64,000 nucleotides of DNA from Tubulanus polymorphus (Eukaryota > Animalia > Nemertea). The DNA lies in contig NC_134032.1 in assembly GCF_964204645.1 (NCBI RefSeq), positions 7,242,275 to 7,306,274 of the forward strand, read 5' to 3'. This document shows, one piece after another, positions 26,470-38,902 of the stretch (position 1 is the first letter of the stretch; every line of letters begins with the position of its first letter). The position numbers and the translations under genes are program-made. The notes beneath the pieces are model-generated. The model was given only the letters and a program-made list of their open reading frames with translations, searched no databases and was not told where the DNA came from.

Positions 26470-27794
26470 CTCGACTTACGTGATGGACGAGTTTTGCGTA
26501 ACTCGTATTTTTACAAGTTACCTATCAGTCGTGGTTTTATACGAATTACGCGAATAACCCGTGAAAATACGATAAACATGTACATGTTTACGATGCTCAA
26601 ATAAGAGCGTGGTCCGTCATATTCCGGACGTATCCTGGGCTGACCGTGCATACATATCCATCCTAAATCGCTGAAATCTACCCTATGTACTACTTACTAA
26701 ATGTGTAAAATAAAGATGTATATCCATTAAACCCATAAATCGTGATGGCTGTTTTTGTACATGTATCACACAATTTAAGAATCGGTTCTGCAAAGCACTA
26801 GTAGCGCAGTGCATTGCCGCATGTTGATCAGCAATCTTCGGCATGAAATGTTTCCCCAACGAACCACGTATCAATGGATAAGTTTAGAAACCATACGTTG
26901 TAGATGTCATCTGGCGCCTTCCTTCAACTTTCCTTCACGCCATTCTTTGACGATGTCCTGGTCCACACGACCTGATTCTCCACCTTTTAGAATCTGTGCA
27001 ATGCCATGTCTGGCCTTAAATCTGTAAATCCAGCTGGTCGAAACGACAGTGGAATCTTCATAACCAAACTCTATAAGCAATCCGTTTGCTTTCTGCTGTA
27101 ATACTTCACCGTCGATTCTCATTTCAGGCAAGGCAGTTTTTTGACGAAACCACAACACCAGAACTTTGTCTACGTCCACAAAAGTACATTTCTTTGCGCA
27201 CTTTACTTTTCTTTTTCGCGCATCCGGATGTTCGATCAAATTGTGTATCTTCTCCTTGTTCTTCACATAGTCATTGAGCGTCTGTGGTTTAACTCTGTGC
27301 TACGTCATTTTTCTTCATGCTTGGATTCCCCTCCGTAAACTTGAGAATAGCATATTTTTCTTTGTATGATTTAGTCTGCAGCTTGCGCTTCGGTATCTCG
27401 GCCATGATTATACTATACCTGCCATCGTAAAATCAATTAAATAAAGCTGCCACGTGCACGGAGAGGACGCAACAATCGGGCCCCAATCGCGCCCTATGCC
27501 ACGCTGTCAACGTCACAAGAAAGTTACATGTAACTGCCTCAAAAACCTATACAGACAATATTGTAGCGTATCTTTAACTGCTGGCGGCATATCGGGCTAC
27601 GACTTACGCGAGGTATTATGAATGGAATCAGAAGATTTGGTTTGTATTTGGTTACGTTAAAATACAACTTATAAAGTACGAGTTATAAGCATTATTTTAT
27701 AAGGGACAAAGAAGAAAAAAATCGGGACCAAAATAATTGTACGAGATATGTGATGGTACGACTAATTCGATGACGACTTATACGGGGTTGACAG
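26470..27794 (-). mobile_element. pogo/Tigger-like (Tc1-mariner) remnant with a CENP-B-type HTH fragment
   Basis: ORF 26907-27266 VDVDKVLVLWFRQ..IDGEVLQQKA..SWIYRFKARHGI..GESG; terminus TA|CTGTCAACCCCGTATAAGTCG on the minus strand at 27794; other boundary uncertain. Confidence 0.7.
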
Positions 27795-28004
27795 TATCGC
27801 AGAACTGTCGACATTTAAAACAAGATGATATTAATTATATCTTTATCATAGAACTATAACGGAAATATTTGCTGTGTTAAAGAATATGGTAAGTTTTATT
27901 TGTGTCAGACCCGTGCCGAGGGGGTTCGAACGAGCGGCCTAAAATTATACATATGAAACTCAGTCCTGATATGCAATCACTATCAGCCCGTTGCTAAATT
28001 TGAG

Positions 28005-28180
28005 CTGTAAAATAGCTGAATTATGAGCGGGAAATGGGCTGAAAATTAGTTGGAAATAAGCAGAAAATTGTCTAGCTGAAAATTAGCTGAAATAAGGAGG
28101 AATTTATAGGTGCCTGAAAATTCAGCAAGATTTCAGCTCAAATTACGCCCGGCAACAATAGGCTGAAAATGAGCTGACAA
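28005..28180 (+). repeat. Degenerate GCTGAAAAT short tandem repeats
   Basis: Multiple gctgaaaatt/gctgaaat units. Confidence 0.6.
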
Positions 28181-28464
28181 ATTATTAGAGTCTTATTTTG
28201 AATTTTAGTCTCAACTGTGGACATTTTTGGGTTGTGAACCCTCGGGCACTGGAATGTAAAAATTATTATTGCCAATAATCTTCTGAAACGTAATGAGCAG
28301 TAGGGATCGAAAATATATGATCCTACCTAGGGTTTGGATATCACGGACCTTTTTCACTAAAGCCACGCAACGCAATTTTCCTCACAAATCCGCCCGTAAC
28401 TCCAAATTTGCGAAAATCTCCGTATTCACCAAAATCCACGCAAATAAGAGGAGGAAAAGAAAAA

Positions 28465-28672
28465 TAATTTTTTCAATTTTTGTTAACACCCTCAACCCGC
28501 TAAGCGCCACGCAGGGCATTATAAGCGTGTTCGAAGTTTTTTTCCCAATGGGAGAGACCAGAGAGGAACCTTCGACCAAGAAACTCAGTCGCCACCAGGG
28601 TTTGAACCCATAAATCCTGGATTGACGAGACCAGTGACCGACGATTTAAACAACTCGGCCACTGCGCCTCTC
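28465..28672 (-). mobile_element. tRNA-derived SINE
   Basis: Minus strand GAGGCGCAGTGGCCGAGTTG (A box) ... GGGTTCAAACCC (B box), unrelated body, A-rich tail. Confidence 0.7.
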
Positions 28673-30494
28673 TAGTAAAATAAAGTAAAAGAGTCTCATG
28701 GGCTTGCTCAACAAATGAAGTAATCCAATCAGTTTTTGTTTTGTTCATCTAGATAAAAAGTATGCAACGCCTTTTACTGAAATTTTCGCGATAGGCAAAT
28801 TCATTGGAAGCATGACGTCATCAGCTAGCAAAAGCGAACCGTAGGTTCACTAAAAATTGATCTGAGGAACTTTTTCCTGCCAACCACTGTTCTTGCTTCT
28901 TATGAGGCATGATGTTCTTTTGCAATCCAAATTACATTCAGCCAGTTATATAGGCCTACCTCACGAAAGTGGCATAATTTGTTTGTAGCAGATGGTCCAC
29001 AGGAATACTCGATTCTTATAAAGTGGATGTTTGACTCGATCTGGTTTTTTTCAAAAACATATTTAGCTTGGTAATGTTTTTTGCGATAGGCAAATGAATT
29101 GGAAGTGTAACAAAATTTCATTTCTCAAGACAGATACCTCCCTCCCCTTGTTTATTAGCGACCTTGCAGAAGATACCTTTCCCCTTACTCCTGCGCCGAC
29201 GATAACCTGTGGCTTCTTAGTCCCGATATTGTTCCCGGTGGTAAATAGTTCCGCCGCTGCATTTATCTCGCCTTTTACACACGAAATAATTATCGAAAGC
29301 TATCATCTACGATACCATTTGAAAGAGGATTATAAAGTCTTTACTCAGTGAAAGTATCTACGAATTTCATCGTTTTTAGGCGACACGAGCTGTAGTTTAT
29401 TAGTTGAGCCGATTTCGCCGGTTTGTTTACTTCCGGTACGAGCTCGACTAGCGGGAGAGTTTAAGTTTCTACATCGACGTCTTACGGCTATCATTATAAA
29501 TTATCACCCTGATTTCTAGTCACAAAGTTAACGTCCTTATATAATCCTCAATATTACAAATCCAGTAGATGATTTCGGCACCTTCATATCCTAAAAATGC
29601 CGAGAATTCGACAAGTAGACGACGTAGTCCGGCAGCAGAGCGACTTGTTGGAAGAATGCGAAGAAGCACATCTACCTCGACGGCCATTGTTGAGCGACCA
29701 GCGAAGCGACGCGGAGTGATGCAACACATCGGAGTCGGCAATGCGTGAATATAAAGCCGGGCGTAGGTCGACCTTGCGACGCGACGCGATTGTCGCGTTG
29801 CGTCACAAGTGGGGGCGTAAGTCGGTTGCGACGCGATTGTTAGCGACTGTGTGCGACTAGTTGCTCCCACTCGCAAGAGCGCGTAGATCGATTGCGACGG
29901 TCACGTCGCGTCGCAGAAAGTAGAACATGTGCCACTAATACGGGATATCGACAAATTCAAGTTCTTGAATTACTCGTTTGATGGCGCTAGTCAGAACCGG
30001 AAATTGGAACCTAAATCCGCCATGTTCTAGTTCATTTGCAATAAATATCTCTCGCTTCAAATTTTTAGTTAGCAATATTTTACTAACTATACATAGGCAA
30101 GCATAATCCTTTAAGTATGATATCCTGACAATGTGCTGAATTCGATAAAACCTCACTTTGAATGCTAAAGATCACTAGAAATGTAAAAAACTACCAAAAA
30201 TCACAAATTTAGCGATGACGCTCGAAGCAGCTAACGGAAGTAATGACTGGCGCCCGGTGTCATCACTCTGTTGTTGAGTTCAAGACTCTAAGGTGAATTT
30301 ATTGCAGGCTACACTGATAAATATGAAATAATATTACGAAATAAAATTGATTTTTGAAGGACTACACTCGTAGATTCATATATGGAGGAGGAAAACAGCA
30401 TTCATTTAGGAGGTAAATGAAACGTATCTTAAAACATAACAAACATTATTTACGGAACACCCGGGAAAACGTGTTTTGGAAGTTTGACTCGCAA

Positions 30495-30866
30495 TTACTT
30501 AAAAACTAATAAAGATAATTGAAAACGGTAAAAGGTATATAAGACCACATATAGATGGCTATTGATCCTGAAAATTTCAAAAATGTAGATTAGTATTTGT
30601 AAGAATTACAAACTTTTGAATGAGATGAGCAATAATTCAAGTTGAATTATCGGGAAAACGATATCAATGCTTATAACCTCACCAGCGCGCATTGTTGCAT
30701 TAACTTTATGATCAATCAATATTTTCACTTTGTTTCTATCTTTATCCAATCCAGAGATATGAACGAAATAAAAATATTAAACGGGGAAAAATAGGGACAA
30801 AAAATTCAACAATGCGGACCCGGCGGGTACCCAAAAAAATGGCGCCTGGAAACTGTAAAAAGGCTT
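30495..30866 (+). mobile_element. Solo copy of the ISL2EU right TIR
   Basis: Direct homology to 21776-22175, ending CTGTAAAAAGGCTT|AT, with a short internal deletion. Confidence 0.8.
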
Positions 30867-31129
30867 ATTCGAACCCATTTGGCTGTGGGAAAAACTACAT
30901 ATCACAAGTCACGCGTACAATCCATCTCGTAGCTTCATACACTCATATCGGAATGATGACGTAGTAGCAGCAGCTGGCAGTTTTTAAAAGGAAAGAAATT
31001 TCCGAGGATTTCGCTTATTTCACAAAACCTTCAATGAATAAAAGAAGATATTTTGAGTTGCTGAGTCAAAGTGCATGTCAACGCTCCGGGCAACGCTCGC
31101 GGTCAGCACACCTGGTTGCGCGATGTGTT

Positions 31130-32370
31130 TAGACGTCTCGATTGGCCTCGTCTCGACTGGTGGTCAAGGTTGCGGCTAGCACTTGAGAGCAGACACCATA
31201 GTTACGCAATCATAACATTTACCTGTCCGCAATAGAGTCGAATCGAATAAGTAGCCAGCTTCACATTTTTGAATTGGGAGCCGGGAACCGGGAGCCGGCT
31301 ACCGGTTCCCGGTTCCCGATTCGGCTCCCGATTGAAAATGATTTTCAAATATGTTGACAATATTTCAATACACATTTCAATAGCCAACTTCATATCGCTG
31401 ACAAAGGTAAACCAATTAACTAACCCGAATTAAGCATTTTCCATTAGAATTATCACCTAAACCGGGCCCAGGGCAGAAGACCTAGCAACATATAACAAAT
31501 TATGCAGTACATCTTTCTCGTATCAGACCGATGATGCTCACATCGCAGTATTCTCCACTGTTGCATTCCCCAGAATTGACGTCATCCGCGTCTCTGTAGG
31601 CAGACAAAATGAAATTAGGTCACCGGCGTCTCTGTAGTCAACGAGCAACAGCTGACGCTCACATCGCGCAAATGTTTGTTTTCATCATCGCGCGCAGTGA
31701 CGTCACGCGGAAAGTCCAAACTTAATGGTAGAAAAGTCTACCTAAACTTTATCCTATCGGCACGAAATCTATTCGTAAACACAGATCAGACCATCCTCTT
31801 TCAATCCATACCACTCAACGCGTAATCGAAGCCACACGAACGGAGATTACGCGCTACAAAGTTAATACGCTATGGCTTAGCCGCTTATAGTATAGAATAT
31901 AGTTGCATAGTAACTGTGTATATTGAAGTCACACGCGTGTTGTTAATTCAGACGTCTCGATTAGCCTGGTGGCCGAGGTCAGGTTGCACTCATTTCAGCA
32001 GACATAGTTACGTAATTATGTTTACCTGCTGTCCGCAATAGAGTCGAATCGAATAAGTAGCCAGCTTCACATTTTGAATCGGGAGCCAAACCAGTAGCCG
32101 GTTCCCGGTTCGGCTCCAGATTCAAAATGGTTTTGAACCGGGAACCGGGAACCAGTAGCCGGTTCCAGGTTCCCGATTCGGCTCCCGATTCGAAATGATT
32201 TTGAATCGGGAGGAAATCGTCACACGCGTGGTGTTAATTCAGACGTCTCGATTAGCCTGGTGGCCGAGGTCAAGGTTGCACTCATTTCAGCAGACATAGT
32301 TACGTAATTATGTTTACCTGCTGTCCGCAATTGAGTCGAATCGAATAACTAGCCAGCTTCACATTTTGCA
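31130..32370 (+). repeat. Three related ~150-290-bp repeats (~31130-31345, ~31930-32219, ~32220-32370) with ggaaccggg/cccggttcc inverted motifs
   Basis: Shared agacgtctcgatt..ccgcaatagagtcgaatcgaataagtagccagcttcacatttt. Confidence 0.8.
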
Positions 32371-32741
32371 ATTGAGACGTCTAAACAACCATCTTATCTC
32401 TGCGCCAATGTTAGTGGTCTCACTGTTTTACCATGCAACCGTGGTAACTATTGGATTAGAATTTTGTGTGCGCTCTCATTTCCAGCTATTTTCGGTTCAG
32501 GGATGAGAAAAATGTTCTTTTATGTTTTCTATGGAATTTGATAGATAGGAAAATATTAAGTTTAATAGAATATTGAAGTGATTGTTTTTTCATCTTTGAC
32601 AATGGATTTACCCTGCGTGAAGGGTGATTTATACGGCGGGCAGAAAGCGTCTGTTTATTATATATCTTATAATTTCATGGGCTTGCAGATATTGTTTTCT
32701 TGGGGATTCGATAACTTTCGTTAGAAACTTTCTCTCTTGTT

Positions 32742-33346
32742 AAACAACGCTAGATAATACAATTTCATTTACAGGAGCAAATGTTATTTCGAATATAACG
32801 TCTTCTTGAATTGCATATTTATATAAAGGCGCATTATTATTTATCAATTCAAAGTCTAATGGAATTTTATATTTGCTTCCATAAATCTGTTTTATCAAAT
32901 TATCTGCGGTACGAGTTACTATTGCGTCATTAGCTCCTGATCTTAATTTATTTTGGTTTTCTGATTGGATGCCTTGAAATATCATATTATTTCTATTTTC
33001 TTTAGTTAACCATAAATCTTTATAATGCATAAATAAATTATAATCATCTAATGAGAAAACTGTTTCTGGACCAATCTTTGTAGTTAATTTTTTAATCAAA
33101 TACCTTCCAACATTATCAACAACATAATTATTATTATTACCGATTACTTTTATATCGGCTGATGAATAAATACTATTTGGAACGTAAAAAGTATTATGTG
33201 TTAATCGAGGAATTCTAACATATAAAGTTTCATCGGGATTAATATTAGAAGGGTTATGAGTAATTAATTATATGATGTGATCTTTCTGCTTTAATAGCAT
33301 TAGATATTCTAGAAATCTTAGAAGAACTTATATAACTCCCACTCAT
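32742..33346 (-). pseudogene. Putative double-jelly-roll major capsid protein, N-terminal part (frameshift ~33265, truncated)
   Basis: HNPSNINPDETLYVRIP..VPNS..DNVGRYLIKK..YKDLW..QGI..YGSKYKIPLDFEL..PLY..FEITF resembles MCPs of invertebrate endogenous Polinton-like viruses (recalled, not searched). Confidence 0.6.
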
Positions 33347-33365
33347 TTATTTAACAAAAAATTAA

Positions 33366-34830
33366 TTATTTATTTTTGATCATGTTCACTAACCCAAAAA
33401 AAATTGCACTTACAACTGTAATTAAAAATAAAATAATATGTTCAGCAGCAAAGTTAATAATGTTTCCTGCAGATTTCAATATAAAACCAACAATTGATGC
33501 AATAATTCCTGGTAATGCTGCAGCAGATTTTTTAGATAGTTCCCATAAATATTTTGCTAATTTCTTTAAACCATCCTTAACTTTATCTTGTATAGAATTA
33601 TTATCATTCGGGGGTTTATCCGGTTTATTTGGAGTAGGAGTAGATTTCAGTGAATTTGATATAGCTAAACCAATTGTTGTAAATAACATAGTTACAGCTG
33701 TTAGAATTGAAAGAATTGTTATTCCTTCAAACTTAAATAATAATTTTATTCTATCTTTTAGTGATATGTCAGAATTTGGTTTTAGTATTAACTCTTTAAC
33801 AACAACTTTTAATCTATTAACACAATAATCATATGATTTTAATAATAATTTCATTTTTTCTTTCTGAAATTCTATGTTATATTCTAAATCATCAATTTCT
33901 TTTTCTAAATATGCATTTCTTTTTATGAATTAAATTTCTTCAATAACTTTAAATTCTCTATCTAATTTTAATTGTTCTAATTCTTTTCTGGTGTCAAATA
34001 ATTCATTTTTTAAAGGTTTAATTTTATTATATCTAATAGTTTTTTCGCGCGCAATTTTATCAGCTTCATTTCGTATACTTATTATTTCTCTAATTGTTTT
34101 TTTTAGAAAACATACTTATAGCTTCTATTTCTTGATCTGTTGCATCAAGTAATCCATTCGGTAAAAGTTTTTCAGTTTGAACTTCGTTTGATTTAAGTTT
34201 ACTAGTTTTGGAAGTTTTATTCTGTTCAGAAGTTGTTTCCGGTTCTAAATTATTATCGATTGTTTCAAATAAGTCATTAATTCTTTGTTTAAATACTCTT
34301 TTATTTTGATTTATTTCTTCTTGTGTTACATCTTCTATTTCATTACTATTATAACTTATTCTTTTAATTCTATCTGGTTCTAATTTTTCCAAAGTTGATT
34401 CTGCAAATATTTTTTCTTGTTTTTTATAAGAGATATCAATATAATAATCATCTTTCAAACGATAATATTATTCACCATCTAAAAACTTTAATTCTTGTAC
34501 TAAAAGTCTAGCGCCTCTATCATTTATATTATATCCAGAATCTTTAAATACACGTTGAAAATCATACATAAATTCAATATTTTCTAAATTTTGTCTTACT
34601 AAATCTGGATTTTCATTTTCAAGAGGTATTCTCGATCTAGTTCTTCTATCAAATTCATCTGTTGATGGGGCTTTAGAACCACTATCTGCTAAATTAGAAT
34701 TATATGCTGATTCATCATCATTATCAATATTAGTTTCATTAAAATCAGGTTGTGGTTCATCAGGTATAAATCCTTCATTATTATTTCCCATTTCTCCCAT
34801 TTCGTAATCTTCTCCACCTTCTACATCCAT
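33366..34830 (-). pseudogene. Large viral protein (acidic N-terminus, coiled coil, C-terminal multi-TM), split into 34468-34830, 34090-34458 and 33366-33854
   Basis: Consecutive same-strand fragments with only one TAAATG start (34830); hydrophobic segments ITILSILTAVTMLFTTIGLAI, ALPGIIASIVGFIL, IILFLITVVSAIFFGLV. Confidence 0.55.
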
Positions 34831-34846
34831 TTACATAATAAAAAAA

Positions 34847-36247
34847 TTAAAATTTAAAATATAGTATTCCTCCGATTACAATTCCTATACAAGTTATAGC
34901 TAATTTAGTATTTTCATGGGATTTATTATCATCATTTAGTTTAATTATTTCATGTCTAATATTATCAGTTTTTATATCTTCTGATGTATTATAATCTTTT
35001 ATTTTAGAATCATTATTTAATTTAATATTATCAGTTTTAGTTTCAGTTGATTGAATATGTTTTTTATTTTTTTCACCTTCCATTAATTTTGGAGCAGTAA
35101 TAATCTTTTTATTTATATCATTCAATCCAAATGAATTATTTATTGTTGCAGTTTAAATTAGATTATTATAACCAATTATGTTTCCCATCTTTAGTACTAA
35201 ATCATTAGAAATAATTAATAGATTAGGGCCTATACAATAATTTAATCTAATATGTGATTTATCTAAATAATTTTGAGATCTTACAATGTTTTCTGGAATC
35301 GATCTATTTTTATCATTATGAATGGAATCTTCAAATAATACTTTGAATTGTTTCTGTGTATCAAATGATGTATTTAAATTTCCAATTATTGGGGATCTTG
35401 TTTCAACTTGCGCACCTAAAATACATATCAAATAAGTTCTAATATATTGATTTATTCGTTGTATACCAGCTTTAGTGAAACCTTCACTATTTTCTAAAAT
35501 AAAATTAACCCAACCATCATTATTTTGTTGTTGTTTGATATAAATATAATATTTTGGTATTTCATTCCATTTAAACGTTTTTGAGTTTGTATTTTTTATT
35601 TCTTTTCTATATTTTTTAGTATAAGGGACAGCAAAACCTCCGATTGGAAATGATGAATTATTCATTGCATCCAAAGCTTTCTCTACTTTAGATAAATCTC
35701 CCCCTGTAACTGTTCCCATCTTTGATCTAAAATCAGAATTATTTATATCTATATTAAATTCATTACATATTTTATAATACTTTGATAAATTAATGTTATT
35801 ATCTAATTCTTTAAAATATCTAGACCCTGGTAAAGGACACTCTAATTCATTTAATATTAATCTTATTTGAAAGTATGTATGAAATCTAAAGAGTGATAAT
35901 ATTAATGGTAAACTTGGTTTATTTAAATGATCATTCCAACTTATTCCGCATCCTGTTGTTGCGCAATAAGCAGCAAAATTTAATTGGTTTTGCCAGAATT
36001 GCATATTTGATTTTAACATCCATAATTTTGCTTTACTTAATTCTTTTTCAAAATTAATTTCATAAACATTGAATATATTTTCCATCTTTACATGAAAATT
36101 ATTACTTTCAGTAACATAAATATATAAATCAATTAATGAATTTAAAACTTCATTTCTATATGTAATATCTTTATTAAAATCTATTGCTGGAATATTATAT
36201 TTAATTGATTTATTATATTGGAAAGCTTTTGGAAAACTATCTACCAT
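34847..36247 (-). pseudogene. Uncharacterised viral protein with C-terminal TM anchor (35153-36247 plus frameshifted 34847-35125)
   Basis: 364-aa ORF with WQNQLNFAAYCATTGCGIS, FRFHTYFQIR, YLICILGAQ; tail LAITCIGIVIGGILYFKF. Confidence 0.6.
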
Positions 36248-36269
36248 TTATATAATTAAAAAATTAATA

Positions 36270-36693
36270 ACTTATTAATTCTTTTAATAATTTATCTTGT
36301 TCTTCAACTGTTATATGGCCATTTAAACTTATTATATAATCTAGTGTATTCTTTAATTTATTAATTTCTATTAGTTTTAATTTTTTCTTTATAACTTTTT
36401 ATATTTAATTTTGAACTGATACCGGTTAAAACACTTGAACTTAATCCTAATACACCAATTGATATAGCTAAAGGTGTTAATGGACTGAATATTGCTAGAA
36501 ATGTTATTACAGAACTAATTGTAACCGAACCACTGATAATAAGATAATATATAATTTTACTTTTTAAATATTTTTTCTTTTTTATCTTTAAGTCACTTTC
36601 AAATTCTAATATTTGTTTTTCTAAATATGTTTTTAATTTAGTTTTATTTATATCATGAGGAATAATATCAATACTATCAACTTTATCTTCCAT
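36270..36693 (-). CDS. Small viral two-TM protein (probably frameshifted near the 3' end)
   Basis: IIYYLIISGSVTISSVITFLAIF and LAISIGVLGLSSSVLTGI; TAAATG start. Confidence 0.6.
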
Positions 36694-36712
36694 TTATTTA
36701 GAATAAAAATTA

Positions 36713-37135
36713 CTAATTAGTAAATTTATAAGCAACAAATATAACAATAACTGTTCCACCTAAAATCCATATTATTTCATATTTCTGTTGTTCTTTACTT
36801 GGGGTATAATAATCTGATAATTTAGGTTTGTATAGATGTAATTTTTCTTTATTGGTTACCGCGTTATATAAACTCATTGCATCATCAACTGATTGAAAAT
36901 CTCTGTGTGAAATCTTCTGATCATATAATTCTTTATTGATGTAATCCATATAGTTTTGTCTCTTTTCTCTATATTCTTCTGCTGCTTTATTATATTTCTC
37001 TAATACTAAGTTATGTCTTTTTTGTTCTGTTAATGAACCATTTTTATCAATATGCTTGAATAAATAACCACCCCCAGTAAATGCTAAAGCGTTAACAATT
37101 GCCGATCCTATAATAGTTATAATTGCAGAAGCCAT
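36713..37135 (-). CDS. Viral protein with hydrophobic N-terminus, coiled coil and C-terminal TM
   Basis: MASAIITIIGSAIVNALAFTGGGYLF..EQKRHN..IIWILGGTVIVIFVAY; intact ORF, TAAATG start. Confidence 0.7.
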   Translation of the reverse strand: MASAIITIIGSAIVNALAFTGGGYLFKHIDKNGSLTEQKRHNLVLEKYNKAAEEYREKRQNYMDYINKELYDQKISHRDFQSVDDAMSLYNAVTNKEKLHLYKPKLSDYYTPSKEQQKYEIIWILGGTVIVIFVAYKFTN

Positions 37136-37149
37136 TTATTTAGTAAAAT

Positions 37150-37380
37150 AATTATGTATTTATATGGGAGGAATATATTTTTGTTTTTCCAAATAATCAA
37201 TAGTTAAATTAGATAAAGTAACTGCTAATGTTAATTTTAAAATATCATTTATATCAAATCTATCAACATTAACACTTCCCATCTTGAATACTTTTTTAAT
37301 ACCATTGAATAACCAGCAGTTCCAACTGATAGTAATGCGCCATTATATAATCCAGTTATTATCCACTTATTATCACTCAT
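37150..37380 (-). pseudogene. Small hydrophobic viral ORF (frameshifted; not in the ORF track)
   Basis: TAAATG start at 37380 (MSDNKWITGLYNGALLSVGTAG...), then DINDILKLTLAVTLSNLTIDYLEKQKYIPP in another frame. Confidence 0.5.
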
Positions 37381-37387
37381 TTATTTA

Positions 37388-37727
37388 TCAAAAAAAATTA
37401 CTATCTTCTAAATATTTAGTTATCTTATTTATGATTAATTCAAAATTTATTTCATTACTAGTTTCATTTGTATATATTTCGATTATTATTTTTTTAATAT
37501 CATCGATGATAAAATCTTCATCGAATTCATAAAATCTTAAAGATTCTCTAATTAAATTAGTAATCTTTTCTACATTAAAAGTTTCTTTATCTATTGTTGT
37601 TTCATACTCAAATGTTGTTTCATTAGAAAATGCAATATTTTTAATATGTGTAATTACACCATTAACGTTAAATTTCATTTCTTTCTCATGTTTAAAAACA
37701 TATACTCGGCCCAACAGTTATATTCAT
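37388..37727 (-). pseudogene. Uncharacterised viral protein (likely start at TAAATG 37727, early frameshift)
   Basis: MNITV joins GRVYVFKHEKE after a 1-nt shift. Confidence 0.5.
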
Positions 37728-37743
37728 TTATATAGTGAAAAAA

Positions 37744-38502
37744 TTACTCTTTACATCTTATAACTAATTCATAAATTACAGGAAAGTTATTCAAATCAAT
37801 TAAATACCCATTATGATTTCTTATTTCTAATTTAAAATTATTAAATTTAGGAATACAAGGTTTGAAAACACATTCTGTTAAATTATAATTTATTTGAGTT
37901 CCAAATTGTGTAACATTTTTTAGCGGTAAAATATTTAGTATACTAGAACTACAAATTGTTTCTTTAGTTGCTTCGAAAGTTTTTGTAGGATCAATTAAAT
38001 TGCAATAAATATAAAAGTGTGTAAAAGGTATTATATTTGAATTACCATCTACGTTTCCTGTAACGGTATCTGGTGCAATTCCTAACAGTTTAGCTATGGG
38101 TTTTTTTACCATAAATGCATGTTGACTTTCATCATATACCTTTATTTTAATTTTATTTGTGCTATCACTTTTTATAAATCTAATTAAGAATTTATCTTCT
38201 CTTCTAATTTTCAACCGTGCTCTACGATTAATTTCTTGAGCTAATGTATCTAAATTATATAATCCTGGTTATAAAATTAGATTAAACCATTTATCTACAT
38301 TTCTAATATGAATTAAAACATTATTATCTTCAATAGTTTTATTCGTTATATTATAAAAAGAATTACATAAACTTATATTAACTAATTTTAAATCTACACA
38401 ATTCTTGAATTCTCTATCTAATTGTACTAGTAAATTATGAGATTTATAATTTGTAAGTTTTCTTGAATCAACAAATATTCTGTATTCTTTTAATTCTACC
38501 AT
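37744..38502 (-). pseudogene. Putative minor capsid (penton, single jelly-roll) protein, split into 38269-38502 and 37744-38214
   Basis: IFVDSR..LVQLDR..LKLVNISL.NSFYNIT; HFYIYCNLID..ILNILP..FKP..FNNFKLEIRNHNGYLIDLNNFPVIYELVIR resembles Polinton mCP. Confidence 0.6.
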
Positions 38503-38519
38503 TTATTTTACATATTTTC

Positions 38520-38873
38520 TTATTCGAAATCTATTTCCTGGTGCCCTTTTTCATTCTTACCTTTGTATACGAAATAGAAATCTCCAGAACATAATTCTTC
38601 TAGATCTTCACTTGATAATCTATGAAATCTATCTGGTAAATATGTTCTGAATTTATGTGTTTTTCCTTTTAATCCTTCATATTCTAAGTGTATAACTAAT
38701 TTATCTCCATAGTTATTAGTAACTGTATCAATATTTGTAATTAGATATTTCTTATGGATTGTTAATTCCGTTAACTTTTTGAATTTATAATCTATAGATT
38801 TTACATTTGTTATATCTTTTATTCTATCTAGAAATAATTTGTTGTTCTCACTGTGTGTTTGTTTACTCTCCAC
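38520..38873 (-). CDS. Putative OB-fold ssDNA-binding protein (start appears mutated, TAAGTG)
   Basis: FKKLTEL..KKYLITNI..V.NNYGDKLVIHL..RTYLPDRF..YFVYKG; position next to polB. Confidence 0.5.
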   Translation of the reverse strand: MESKQTHSENNKLFLDRIKDITNVKSIDYKFKKLTELTIHKKYLITNIDTVTNNYGDKLVIHLEYEGLKGKTHKFRTYLPDRFHRLSSEDLEELCSGDFYFVYKGKNEKGHQEIDFE

Positions 38874-38902
38874 TTATAATACATATTTTTATTAAAATTT
38901 GA

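Noticed and set aside
28590-28672. Functional tRNA gene
   Set aside because: A and B boxes are present but the acceptor stem does not close and a SINE-like body follows; annotated as a SINE
33350-38520. Poxvirus early terminators TTTTTNT between viral genes
   Set aside because: Present at some gene ends but expected by chance at this AT content
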